Assembly: GCA_001643675.2 (NCBI GenBank)
Contig: LSRY02000051.1
Location: forward strand, 372,001-436,000
From: Monocercomonoides exilis PA203
Taxonomy: Eukaryota > Protista > Preaxostyla
Reading direction: 5' to 3'
Length of the DNA stretch: 64,000 nt
Shown here piece by piece: positions 12,091-22,565 of the stretch. The translations under genes were made by a program, and so were the position numbers. Numbering within the stretch: the stretch's first letter is position 1; every line of letters begins with the position of its first letter. The notes beneath the pieces are model-generated. The model was not told where the DNA came from, did not search any database, and saw nothing but the letters and a program-made list of their open reading frames with translations.

Positions 12091-13687
12091 AGATAGAGGA
12101 GAGGGACGGATGTGTTTGAAAGGAGTGAAAAGAATAGGAGAAAGAGGGAAAGGGAGAAGAAGAAGATAATGATGAAGGAAGAAAGGAGGCCATTTCTATA
12201 GATAGTGATTATTCTTTTTCAATAAAATATTTCTTTGTAATTATTTGAATTCATTAAATCTCCATATTTTAATGTCTTCATCCTATTTTCCGTTTGAACG
12301 AGCAATTCATATATGTTAAGATACAATAATTATGCGCAAATACTTACCGATAATTTGAAATCAATACCAGCAGCACAAACAATTCTGAAAACATCTATTT
12401 CTGTACAAATTATTTAAAAATCAACACAATATTCTAATCCAAACCTTTCACATAAATTTTCCTGTTATTTCTTTAAATATCGAGCTTGTTTCCAAAAATA
12501 ATTATGAATTATTATTATGGAATTTGTTTTTTTTCATTTTATGGACTATAACGCTGTATTCATTGTAGTATGAATTTGGAATAAATATGGAACAAAACAT
12601 GATTATTTTCTCAAATGAATAAATTTATCATAACAAATAATGAAATGAATATCACTGACATTTTAAAGCTGTTGCTAACCTAATAAAAAAATGAACATGA
12701 ATTCTTGTAATATACTCTTTTGAAATATATTTTGTTGAAATAAATCCATCAAATAATACAATAATTAATTCACACTCTTTATTGTCTCTTCAATAAAAAT
12801 TCATTTTCCTTCGAAATTATTTTCTTTTAAATACAGTAATAATGAAACATAAATATTTTGTGGGCACTTTGTTTCGAAACAATATTTCATTATTTTCTGA
12901 AGATTGTCAAATATTTGTTTAATACTGTTTTTAACATTAGATACAATGCAGATTGAATCAAATTATTCAAATAGAAAAAATAATTTAAAATTCTGGGGGT
13001 TATTTAAAAATACACCTGTTTATTTGAATTGACTTGCTAATTTTTAAAATCTTCATCCTATTTTGAATTAAATGTGCAAAACATGAAAATAGATATCATT
13101 AGATAATTTGCATAAAAGATTGATATGAAACACTGAAGTTTATTTTGATTCTAATTTTGAAAAAAATTCGATCTTTCAATAATCAACTTCGAAAGAATTG
13201 AATAACTCGATAATTCGTTTAAAATGCTATTTCAACTTATGTTATCGAAAGCATGAGTTATATAATGAGAGTTTGAATGATTGTTGCAATTAAATATTCA
13301 ATTTTCCCAATATACAAATCATAAAAGCTATTTATAACTTTTTGTTTTTTTCTTCACAATTGTAAATTGTTTCTTTAAAATTGTAGCACCAACGACAACT
13401 TCTGTTCTATTTTGATCAGTCCTCACGAGGAATTTACTGCTTTTTTTGTTTTAAGCAACAGCACTTTTCAAACAATATTGTTTTTCATTTTTCGCCTTGT
13501 CGATAAACAATACCTTTAATCATTTACGTGAAATATATAAAACACTGAATATAAAAAAGTGTGTATGGTAATTTTTCAAAATTTCGTTTTTTATCAAGAA
13601 CATTTTATATTATTTCAAAATTTTCTTTTTGGATATTTTTCTTCTTATAAAACCGATCACACAATCTATTTTTAATGCCTTCAACAC

Positions 13688-15620
13688 TTGAAACCTTTGG
13701 CCTTTGCCTGTTTTTATTTTTATCCCACTTCATCCAAACGATTTCTTACAAACTTAATTTCTATTTCAATTGTGATTGACATTTATTCTCTTACGTTCCA
13801 ATCAACGGCTTTCTCTTCCAGCTCGTTCAAAACGTCATCAGGAGATCCTTTGTTTCTTTCTTCAACAATTCCGACACTTTTCTCTCTGCCTTTAATGCTT
13901 CTTTTCTCCACCAAACAAGTTCTTCATCAAATGCTGCTGTGGTTCACATTGGAACAGAATCTCAAAGAGCAAAACCTGTAAGATTGACTTCATTCGATTT
14001 AAACAGTTATCGCTTTGAATGATGCGAATGGAATAATTCAAATAGCGGAAGTGATCATGGAGGTGCTCTAAAAGTCAACTGCACAAATGCAAATCTCACA
14101 ATAACTTTTTGTTCATTTTACAATTGCTCTTGTACAGGTAATGGCCACGGCGGAGCATTATATTGTAATCGTTCGTTGAAGACTGACATTACAAAATCAA
14201 ATTTCACAAGTTGTTCGGCCACTCATGGAGGAGCAATTTGCATTGCTTATCCACAATCAAATTCTGTTTATTCATTCTCCGAAAACAGAGTGGAAAGTTG
14301 TAAAATAACAAGTTGGTGTGGAACCGGTTGGTATTTCTTGCTAAATGACTTGTCTGCATCTGGCCAATTTCTGTTCACAAAATGCAAGTGTATAGCAAAT
14401 ACTGGAAGTGATTGTGCTGGTTCTCTGTCATTTTTTAATCCTCCAGGAAATAAACCAAATCAATTCTCAATCAATGATTTTCAGTACATAAACAACAAAT
14501 TGACTGCCTCTTCCACATGGGGTGGGGCAGGTATTTAATTGGACGTCACTTATTCCTGGATGAGTGGTGCAAAATTCATCACTTTCTGCTTCTTCGATGG
14601 CAACACTGCCACAAATGGCAGAGGAAATGACGTGTTCTTTTACGGAAGTGATATTACCCAATCCCCATTCGAGAATTGTGGATCAACAACTCCAACAAAA
14701 AGAGTGTGGAATCAAGGAACAGCTGATAATACCGTGTTCAATGGCTGGCTCCCCCTCGTTGCCCAGAACAAAATCGTTGCCAGCAATGGAACTAATTCTG
14801 ATGCCTGTGGCAGACCCCAACAGACCCCATGCGCCACCATCGAGTATGCCCTCAACAGCTTCATTTCCCTCCTCCAAGACGCCTCCCTCACCCGCCTTTC
14901 CTCAATATTTGTTCCTCTTCAAACACTAACCTTCAGCGCCATTGACACAAAAATCACAGGAAATGGCACAACCGCCACCACCATCGCCTCCAGTGGCATT
15001 CCCCAACCACCAAACTCACATTCACAGTCATCACAATCAACATCATCTCTTTCCTCATTTTCATCATTTTCATCTGCATCTTCTTCACCAGATCCATCTG
15101 CCACTTCTGCCCTCTTCCAACAAACCCAGGGCTCCCTCACAGTCTCTGCCCTCGCCATCTCCCACAACTCCACAAATCCCATCACCCCCATCCTCTTCCA
15201 CCTCTCCCAAAACTCCCCTTCCCTCAAACTCAACACAACCACAATCACCGGAACAACCCCATCTTCATCATCAATCACAACTCCCCTCTTCTTCCTCACT
15301 GCTGGCTCCCTCGCCCTCAACCACACAACAATCACCAAACTCATCCTCAACAGCCACCCCCGCCAGCTGTGTCCTCTCCTCTGCCACCTCCCCTGCCCTC
15401 TCCTTCTCCCTCACCAACCGCACCATGGCAAATATCACCTCAGAACAGTTGAGCCAACAGACTGCCACCAATGGCGGGTGCATCTCATTCTCCTCATCTG
15501 CATATGTCAACCCGTTTTCGGTGAGCAACACCATCTTCTCCACCTGCTCTGTGAGCGAAAGGAAAACGGATATCGAGAAAATAAAGGAGGAAAAAATTGA
15601 AGAGAATGTGGGATGCTTCT
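13688..15620 (+). pseudogene. Truncated, disrupted member of the pectin-lyase-like beta-helix surface protein family (same family as 50869-59949)
   Basis: GGAL/GGAI motifs. WMSGAKFITFCFFDGNTATNGRGNDVFF..QSPFE aligns with WMS..FIYFCFFCEN..LRGNDCYF..QSPFE of the giant protein, and DACG..TPCATIEYAL is a family module. In-frame TAA at 14536-14538, frameshift near 15355, abrupt end. Confidence 0.7.
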
Positions 15621-16185
15621 GAAAACAGAAGCGAAGGTACAAAGAAGATTCGCTATTCTTTGAAAAGAAAAAGAACAGAAATATTGATAAGGATGAGTTT
15701 GAAAAGGAAGAAAGAAATGATAACGAAAATAAAGATGATTTACAAGATGAAAAGAACGAGAAAATTAAAGAGAAAGATCATTTTGAAATTATAAGATTAC
15801 GACAAAAAAGAGAATGAGTGAAAAAATGAAAGAAAATTAGGAAAATGAAAAAGGAAAAGGAAATAGACATACGATTCTGCAATTTTTCCATCACTATTCT
15901 ATGTTAATAGTGATGATTCATTCTGTATTATAAAACACTCGCATAAAACAAATTTGTTCATCAGAATTCATAGAATATCGTTGTATTCTTTTTATCATTT
16001 ATGCAAAATTGATAAAAATTATCTTCAAAGTGAATCATTCTTCACTTAAAACTCAAAACAAATAATTATTTCATTTTGTTGACAAATTATTTATTAAACA
16101 TTTATTTATTTTATGCTTATTTTCACGCTTCCGTAGAATAATCAAAATTTCATTTATGAAATTGTCAAAAAAGGTTTGATTTTTC

Positions 16186-16579
16186 GGCATGATTTAAGAA
16201 AGGTGGGCAAAAAAATTTTATTGAAAAAATGGCAAAAAAGAGCACCCCTCCGGGTTCGAACCTTCGACTCACCAACTTGCAAGTTTGTTAGCAAGTCGCT
16301 GGTGCCGATCGGCTAGAGTGCTCTATTTTTCTATACTTTTCTTACACAAATATTTATAATAAAACCCTAACACTAAAAATTGATCAAAAAATGAACCACT
16401 TTTTTCGAGCGCAAACCCTAAAAAGAAGAGCGGGAACAAAACCCTAAGCCCAAGAACTGTTACGCTAACCCTACAACCTAAACCAAGCAACTAATACAGA
16501 GATTATTTTTGAATTTTAACCCTAAAAATATAATTATACTGGGTCAGATCAATTTTGCCCACCTTTCTTAAATATTGCC
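16186..16579. mobile_element. 394-bp Merlin/IS1595-type MITE, copy 1
   Basis: TIRs GGCATGATTTAAGAAAGGTGGGCAAAA / TTTTGCCCACCTTTCTTAAATATTGCC (27 bp, 3 mismatches). Exact 8-bp TSD GATTTTTC at 16178-16185 and 16580-16587. GG termini plus 8-bp TSD are Merlin hallmarks. Confidence 0.9.
16239..16324 (-). ncRNA. tRNA-like / Pol III type-2 small RNA unit inside the MITE
   Basis: Minus strand: terminal stem AGAGCACTC/GGGTGCTCT; A-box TAGCCGATCGG (16315-16305); B-box GGTTCGAACC (16262-16253); CT-AAC-AA anticodon-like loop; T6 run at the 3' end (16239-16234). The T-stem does not pair, so this is not a canonical tRNA. Confidence 0.6.
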
Positions 16580-16916
16580 GATTTTTCTTTTATTTACACT
16601 TTATTTTTGTGAGTGTTTTTTGTTTGTTTTATTATCATTTCCCACAATTATTATTAATTTGAATGATCTTTTCTAATTTGAATTAGGATGGTGATTTTTA
16701 ATTTTTGGCCTTTTATTTGAATTGAGTGGTATTAATTCAAATTAATAGAGGCTTATTTAAAAAACCTCAATTAATTCAAATTTCGCAACTTAATCTGCAT
16801 TGTATCTATTACAATTCTGACTAACAATTTCATTTGATTCAAAGTGATCTGATATTTCATTTACAAAAAGGGTTCTTGATCAACAAAAAAACATATCACG
16901 ATCATCACAAATCCAC

Positions 16917-19900
16917 ATGAGAAACGATACAAATTCGATGAGTAATTGTACATCTGACAGATCGGAAATGAGCAAGTGGACAGAAAATAGTGGAACTTTT
17001 GGTGATAAAGATGGAAGAACAGAGGCAATGCGACATATCATCAACACAAAAACTGAACCGCCTGAAGGGATGAGACATGACATTACTCTTGCAGATAATG
17101 ACGGATACACAATGGCCATGCTCTGGATCAAATATGTCAAAACAGAACCACCAGAGTGGATGAGACATGACAAAACAATTAAATGTGGTTCAGAAGAAAA
17201 GACAATAGACATGATATGGTTTGAATATGTGAAAACAGAGCCACCCAAGTGGATGAATTATGAAAATACAAAGAAAGACAAAAACGGAAGAACAGATGCA
17301 ATGAAATGGATTCAAGAGACAAAATCTGAACCACCAGAGTGGATGAGACACGATGTTTCTCTTGCTGATGAGGAAGGAAGAACAATGGCCATGCTCTGGA
17401 TTGAATATGTGAAGACAGAACCACCCAAGTGGATGAGGCACGATGTTACACTTGCTGATAAAAATGGAAGAGCAATGGCTATGATTTGGATAGAAAATGT
17501 TAAGATAGAACCACCTAAGTGGATGAGGCATGATAAAAAACTTTTTGATGACAAAGGAATGACAATGGCTATGTTGTGGATTCGATATGTCAATACGGAG
17601 CCACCAGAATGGATGAGACATGACAAAACAGTTGCTGATGAAGAAGGACAGACAATGGCCATGAATTGGATTGAATATGTAAAGACAGAACCACCAGAAT
17701 GGATGAGACACGGAATTAGTCTTGCTGATAAGGAAGGACAGACACTGGCCATGTATTGGATTGAATATGTCATGACAGAACCACCAGAATGGATGAGACA
17801 CGGAATTACATTAGGAATTGGAGAAAGGGGAACAATGGCTATGATGTGGATTGAATTTGTGAAAACAGAACCACTAGAATGGATGAGACACGGAATTAGT
17901 CTTGCTGATAAGGAAGGACAGACACTGGCCATGTATTGGATTGAATACGTCATGACAGAACCTCCGGAATGGATGAGACACGATGTTTCTCTTGCTGATA
18001 AGGAAGGACAGACAATGGCTATGCACTGGATTGTATATGTGAAAACAGAACCTCCGGAATGGATGAGACATGAGAAAACACTTGCAAATGAGAAAGGAAT
18101 AACAATGGCCATGTTATGGATTGCAAATGTGAAGATAGAACCTCCAGAATGGATGAATTATGATAATATGCTTCGTGATGATAATGGAAAAACAGAAGCA
18201 ATGCGTTGGATTGTTTTGAATAAAACTGAACCACCCAAGTGGATGAGACATGATATTACTCTTGCAGATAATGACGGATGGACAATGGCCATGTTGTGGA
18301 TTCAAGGAATCCAAACAGAACCGCCAGAATGGATGAGACATGACAATGAACTTGCCAATAAGAACGGAGAAACAATGTGCATGCGTTGGATAAAGGAAGT
18401 GAAGACAGAACCTCCAGAATGGATGAGACATGGAATTTCAATTAAAGGAGGATTTAGGGAACGAACAATGGCCATGCATTGGATTGAAAATGTGAAGACA
18501 GAACCTCCAGAATGGATGAGACATAATATCATGTTTCGTGATAATTATGAAAAATCAATGGCCATGCTCTGGATTGAAAATGTTAAAACAGAACCACCCA
18601 AGTGGATGAGACATGATATTACTCTTGCAGATAATGACGGATGGACAATGGCCATGTTGTGGATTCAAGGAATCCAAACAGAACCGCCAGAATGGATGAG
18701 ACATGATATTACTCTTGCAGATAATGACGGATGGACAATGGCTATGATTTGGATTAAATATGTGAAGACAGAGCCACCAGAATGGATGAGACACGATATC
18801 ACACTTTGCAGCAATAACGGACAGACAATGACCATGCTATGGATTGAATATGTGAAGACAGAACCTCCGGAATGGATGAGACACGGAATTACTCTTGCTG
18901 ATAAGGAAGGACAGACACTGGCCATGTATTGGATTGAAAATGTCAATACGGAGCCACCAGAATGGATGAGACACGGCAAAACAGTTGCTGATAGCAGAGG
19001 AAGAACAATGGCTATGCACTGGATTGTATATGTGAAAACAGAACCACCAGAATGGATGAGACACGGAATTAATCTTGTTGACGACAAAGGAATAACAATG
19101 GCCATGTTATGGATTGCAAATGTGAAGATAGAACCACCAGAATGGATGAGGCACGATATCACACTTTGCAGCAATAAAGGATGGACAATGGCCATGCTCT
19201 GGATCGAATGCTTCAAGAAAGTCATACCAGAGTGGATGATACGTGACAAAAAATTAACTGATGAAAGCGGAACAATGGCCATATTTTGGATAAAATATGT
19301 GAAGACAGAGCCACCAGAATGGATGAGACATGATATTACTCTTGCAGATAATGACGGATGGACAATGGCTATGATTTGGATTAAATATGTGAAGACAGAG
19401 CCACCAGAATGGATGAGACACGATATCACACTTTGCAGCAATAACGGACAGACAATGACCATGCTATGGATTGAATATGTGAAGACAGAACCTCCGGAAT
19501 GGATGAGACACGGAATTAGTCTTGCTGATAAGGAAGGACAGACACTGGCCATGTATTGGATTAAATATGTGAAGACAGAACCACCAGAATGGATGAGACA
19601 TAATATTACAATTAAAGGAGGATTTTGGGAACGAACAATGGCCATGGATTGGATTGAATACGTCAAGACAGAACCACCTAAGTGGATGAGACACGATATC
19701 ACACTTTGCAGCAGTAACGGACAGACACTGGCCATGCATTGGATTGAATACGTCATGACAGAACCACCAGAATGGATGAGACATAATATTACACTTGGAA
19801 AAGGAAGATGCGGCACAATGGCCATGTTCTGGATCAAATATGTCAATGCAGAACCACCAGAATGGATGAGACACGATATTACAATTAAAGATGGTGGGGG

Positions 19901-20333
19901 AGAAAAGACGATGGCCATGCTCTGGATTGAATACATCAAGACAGAACCACCCAAGTGGATGAGGCACGATGTTACACTTGCTGATAAAAATGGAAGAACA
20001 ATGGCTATGATTTGGATAGAAAATGTTAAGATAGAACCACCTAAGTGGATGAGACACGATGTTTCTCTTGCTAATAAACATGGTGAAACAATGGCCATGT
20101 CCTGGAAAATATTGGTCATGACAGAGCCACCCAAGTGGATGAATTATGAAAATACAAAGAAAGACAAAAACGGAAGAACAGATGCAATGAAATGGATTCA
20201 AGAGACAAAATCTGAACCACCAGAGTGGATGAGACACGATGTTTCTCTTGCTGATGAGGAAGGAAGAACAATGGCCATGCTCTGGATTGAATATGTGAAG
20301 ACAGATCCACCAGAATGGATGAAGACAGATTAA
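16917..20333 (+). CDS. Intronless 1138-aa tandem-repeat protein: 37 x ~30-aa Trp/Met-rich, ankyrin-like repeats (consensus EPPEWMRHDxTLxDxxGxTMAMxWIxYVKT)
   Basis: Uninterrupted 3.4-kb ORF with ~90-bp DNA periodicity. DxxGxTxAM resembles the ankyrin DxxGxTPLH turn. No signal peptide, TM segment or catalytic domain seen. Confidence 0.9.
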   Translation: MRNDTNSMSNCTSDRSEMSKWTENSGTFGDKDGRTEAMRHIINTKTEPPEGMRHDITLADNDGYTMAMLWIKYVKTEPPEWMRHDKTIKCGSEEKTIDMIWFEYVKTEPPKWMNYENTKKDKNGRTDAMKWIQETKSEPPEWMRHDVSLADEEGRTMAMLWIEYVKTEPPKWMRHDVTLADKNGRAMAMIWIENVKIEPPKWMRHDKKLFDDKGMTMAMLWIRYVNTEPPEWMRHDKTVADEEGQTMAMNWIEYVKTEPPEWMRHGISLADKEGQTLAMYWIEYVMTEPPEWMRHGITLGIGERGTMAMMWIEFVKTEPLEWMRHGISLADKEGQTLAMYWIEYVMTEPPEWMRHDVSLADKEGQTMAMHWIVYVKTEPPEWMRHEKTLANEKGITMAMLWIANVKIEPPEWMNYDNMLRDDNGKTEAMRWIVLNKTEPPKWMRHDITLADNDGWTMAMLWIQGIQTEPPEWMRHDNELANKNGETMCMRWIKEVKTEPPEWMRHGISIKGGFRERTMAMHWIENVKTEPPEWMRHNIMFRDNYEKSMAMLWIENVKTEPPKWMRHDITLADNDGWTMAMLWIQGIQTEPPEWMRHDITLADNDGWTMAMIWIKYVKTEPPEWMRHDITLCSNNGQTMTMLWIEYVKTEPPEWMRHGITLADKEGQTLAMYWIENVNTEPPEWMRHGKTVADSRGRTMAMHWIVYVKTEPPEWMRHGINLVDDKGITMAMLWIANVKIEPPEWMRHDITLCSNKGWTMAMLWIECFKKVIPEWMIRDKKLTDESGTMAIFWIKYVKTEPPEWMRHDITLADNDGWTMAMIWIKYVKTEPPEWMRHDITLCSNNGQTMTMLWIEYVKTEPPEWMRHGISLADKEGQTLAMYWIKYVKTEPPEWMRHNITIKGGFWERTMAMDWIEYVKTEPPKWMRHDITLCSSNGQTLAMHWIEYVMTEPPEWMRHNITLGKGRCGTMAMFWIKYVNAEPPEWMRHDITIKDGGGEKTMAMLWIEYIKTEPPKWMRHDVTLADKNGRTMAMIWIENVKIEPPKWMRHDVSLANKHGETMAMSWKILVMTEPPKWMNYENTKKDKNGRTDAMKWIQETKSEPPEWMRHDVSLADEEGRTMAMLWIEYVKTDPPEWMKTD

Positions 20334-20979
20334 TTTCACATAATTGCAAAAGAGTGTTTCGTTGGAAGTGAAATTCGTTTCTTGAACTTCAACGAATCAA
20401 CATTTCACTGTGTGTCTGAACAAAAACCTTTGTCATTCATGAGATGAAATGTTTGATGTTGGAATGTTCTTTCTTTCTTTTATGAATTGATTTTTACTTT
20501 TTCGATGGAAATTTGGACATGCTTCAAAAATTATTCATTTTTGAACCTCTCCTTTTGTCTTTTCATTGCTTTGATATTTTCTGTCCAAATGTGCGAATCA
20601 TTTCACTTTTCGAATTTTTAATTTCTCAGATTCATCAAATTTGTTGATTTTCTTTTTCATTGTAATATCCACATGCACAAGTTGATTAATTCAGATGAAG
20701 TATTATTTTTTTTCCATTCATTGCCATTCATTTCAGTTTCACAATAATAACTGATATCGTAAAATCCATTTTTTCTTTCAAAAAAAACAGTCAAGAAATC
20801 AGAAGAAATGAAAGAAGCGAGATGATAGGTTGAGAATTAATAAGGATTAACAATCTTCAACAAAATATTATTTTGAGTGTTTGACAAGGTTGATGAGAAA
20901 GAAGAGATAAGGAAGAGATTACCATCCATCCCATCAACTTCAACAGCAAAATCAGAATTTAACATTTGTTCAATCGCTT

Positions 20980-22493
20980 GGCATAAACATACAAAACGCG
21001 TACCAAATTTTTTCACCTAATAACAACAACAGAAGTTCCATTTGATGATTCCGTTAATATTCAGTACGAAACATCTTGCGAAAAGAAATGTGCATGAAAA
21101 AAGAACAAAATTTTTTTCAAAAAAAATTCATGAAAAAATATCATTTATGGTTCAAATTCCGAAGAATCTTCTCCTGTTCCAGCTCCAAATGGATACGAAT
21201 CCTCGCTTTCTGATTTTAAAAGTTCTTCTTCAGTATTTTCTTCATCTGTAATTCCAAAAATGTCATTCATATCAGGAATTTCTTCGTTTTTATTAACTTC
21301 ATCATCGTCAATTTCCAATTCAAATTCATCTTCAGATCGAAAATTGATAACTTTTTCTATGAATTCTCCGAAGGAAATTTAACCTGATCTTTTCACAATG
21401 AATGTCGCAAGCACTCCAGGAATATATCGCTTTCTCACTCCATATCAAGGGAAAAAAGATCGCAAATGTGCCCACATTCCTTCGATAGTGTTCGTGTTGG
21501 CTTTCGTAACAGGATCGACGTAATGACGTTTAGGCAAACGGTTTGGTGTGTGTAACCAATTTCTCCTTAGCAAGTGTAAGCTTTCCACTCGTCGCTGATT
21601 ATTGTTGATCCTTCTTTGATTCTGTTTTTAATTATATGGATTAGTGTCTCTTTTTTCCGATTTGGCACAATGACCATTTAATTATTTCCTAATTCTTCTT
21701 CACCTTTTCGTTCGATAGCTCCAAATATCCACATCAATTTTTTCTGCTTTCCTTATTCGAAAAATAGTTTTATTCAAGGCAAATAAATTTATATTTATGT
21801 CAACAAAATAAATATATGATGTTAAAACCTTTTTTGTATTTCCGTCTCCTCCATGCAGCTTCATCAATTACCTCTATTTAACCAGCCCCTCCAATTTTTT
21901 CATTTCTGTAATTTAAGTTATTTTATGCAGTCGACCTTGATATTCCTGTCTAGTATCTAATCGTCATTTGAGATTCATTTAGCATCATGCCAATTTGCAA
22001 ATCTTTGATTTCCAGCCAAAACATCAAAAGAATCATCATCACAGTAGAAATAAGCAATTTTGAAGACCCCAGAGTCGTATTTTTTAAGCAGGAAACACTT
22101 TGCTTGCACAATGAACACTTCAAAAAACTTGAATGTCCCCTTCCTTTACAGATATATTTGACTTTTTTGCAGTGTTGACAAACTTCAAATACCTTCGGAA
22201 AATACTGTTGTATCCATTTCCAAGATGATTCATCAGATGAAAATGTCTCATACAGTGAATGGCACACCTTTTTGAAAGGTTTTTTGCAAAAATTCAAATT
22301 TTTGATCGATAAAAATTTTGTGATCAAACCCATTTTTTATGTGATTTTTTGATAAAAATTATATTTTTAATTTTGTCCAGAGGATGCAAAGCGCAGACAA
22401 AGAACATAATATTCTCAAACCTAATAAGCAATAGATTTCGAAAATGATTGAAAGAATCAAAAATATTAGGTATGCTTATTCTATGCTTATGCA
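20980..22493 (-). mobile_element. Degenerate autonomous-type Merlin (ISXO2/IS1595-like) DNA transposon
   Basis: GGCATAAACATACAAAACGCGTACC (20980) vs the reverse complement of GGTATGCTTATTCTATGCTTATGCA (ending 22493) match 19/25 and enclose the transposase pseudogene. No clean TSD. Confidence 0.65.
21145..22333 (-). pseudogene. Merlin/ISXO2-like DDE transposase pseudogene with N-terminal CxxC..CxxC zinc ribbon and one probable intron
   Basis: Motifs CQHC..CSLC, KIGGAG*IEVIDE, WIFGAIER, VPNRKKETL, TIISDEWKAY, HQTV, YVDPVTKANTNTIEGMW and an acidic tail. Several in-frame stops and a frameshift. Confidence 0.88.
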
Positions 22494-22565
22494 CCGTTCT
22501 ATCTTGTATTGGCTTTTAGACAAGAAAACACAGAGAAAAGCAGAAATTTGTTATTTTCAAAATTG

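Noticed and set aside
5110-15620. Stop-codon reassignment (TAR=Gln as in some oxymonads) explaining the broken ORFs
   Set aside because: Interruptions include TGA and frameshifts, and intact conserved genes in the window terminate properly at TAA (VPS41), TAG (40700 gene) and TGA (DHHC).
16239-16324. Functional canonical tRNA-Val(AAC)
   Set aside because: The T-stem (GAAGG/CCGGA) does not pair and the anticodon arm carries extra bases too short for a normal intron. Kept only as tRNA-like.
16465-16474. Telomerase RNA template (CTAACCCTA)
   Set aside because: It lies in a multicopy TIR element, is one of several scattered motifs, differs in copy 2, and is outside and opposite to the predicted Pol III transcript.
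18665-20134. 489-aa antisense ORF and other minus-strand ORFs over the repeat gene
   Set aside because: Mirror products of the repetitive sense codons, which rarely create antisense stops. No independent features.
16917-20333. CRISPR-like appearance of conserved ~25-nt DNA motifs every ~90 bp
   Set aside because: Periodicity is a multiple of 3 within one ORF, the 'spacers' are homologous coding sequence, there are no cas genes, and the context is eukaryotic.
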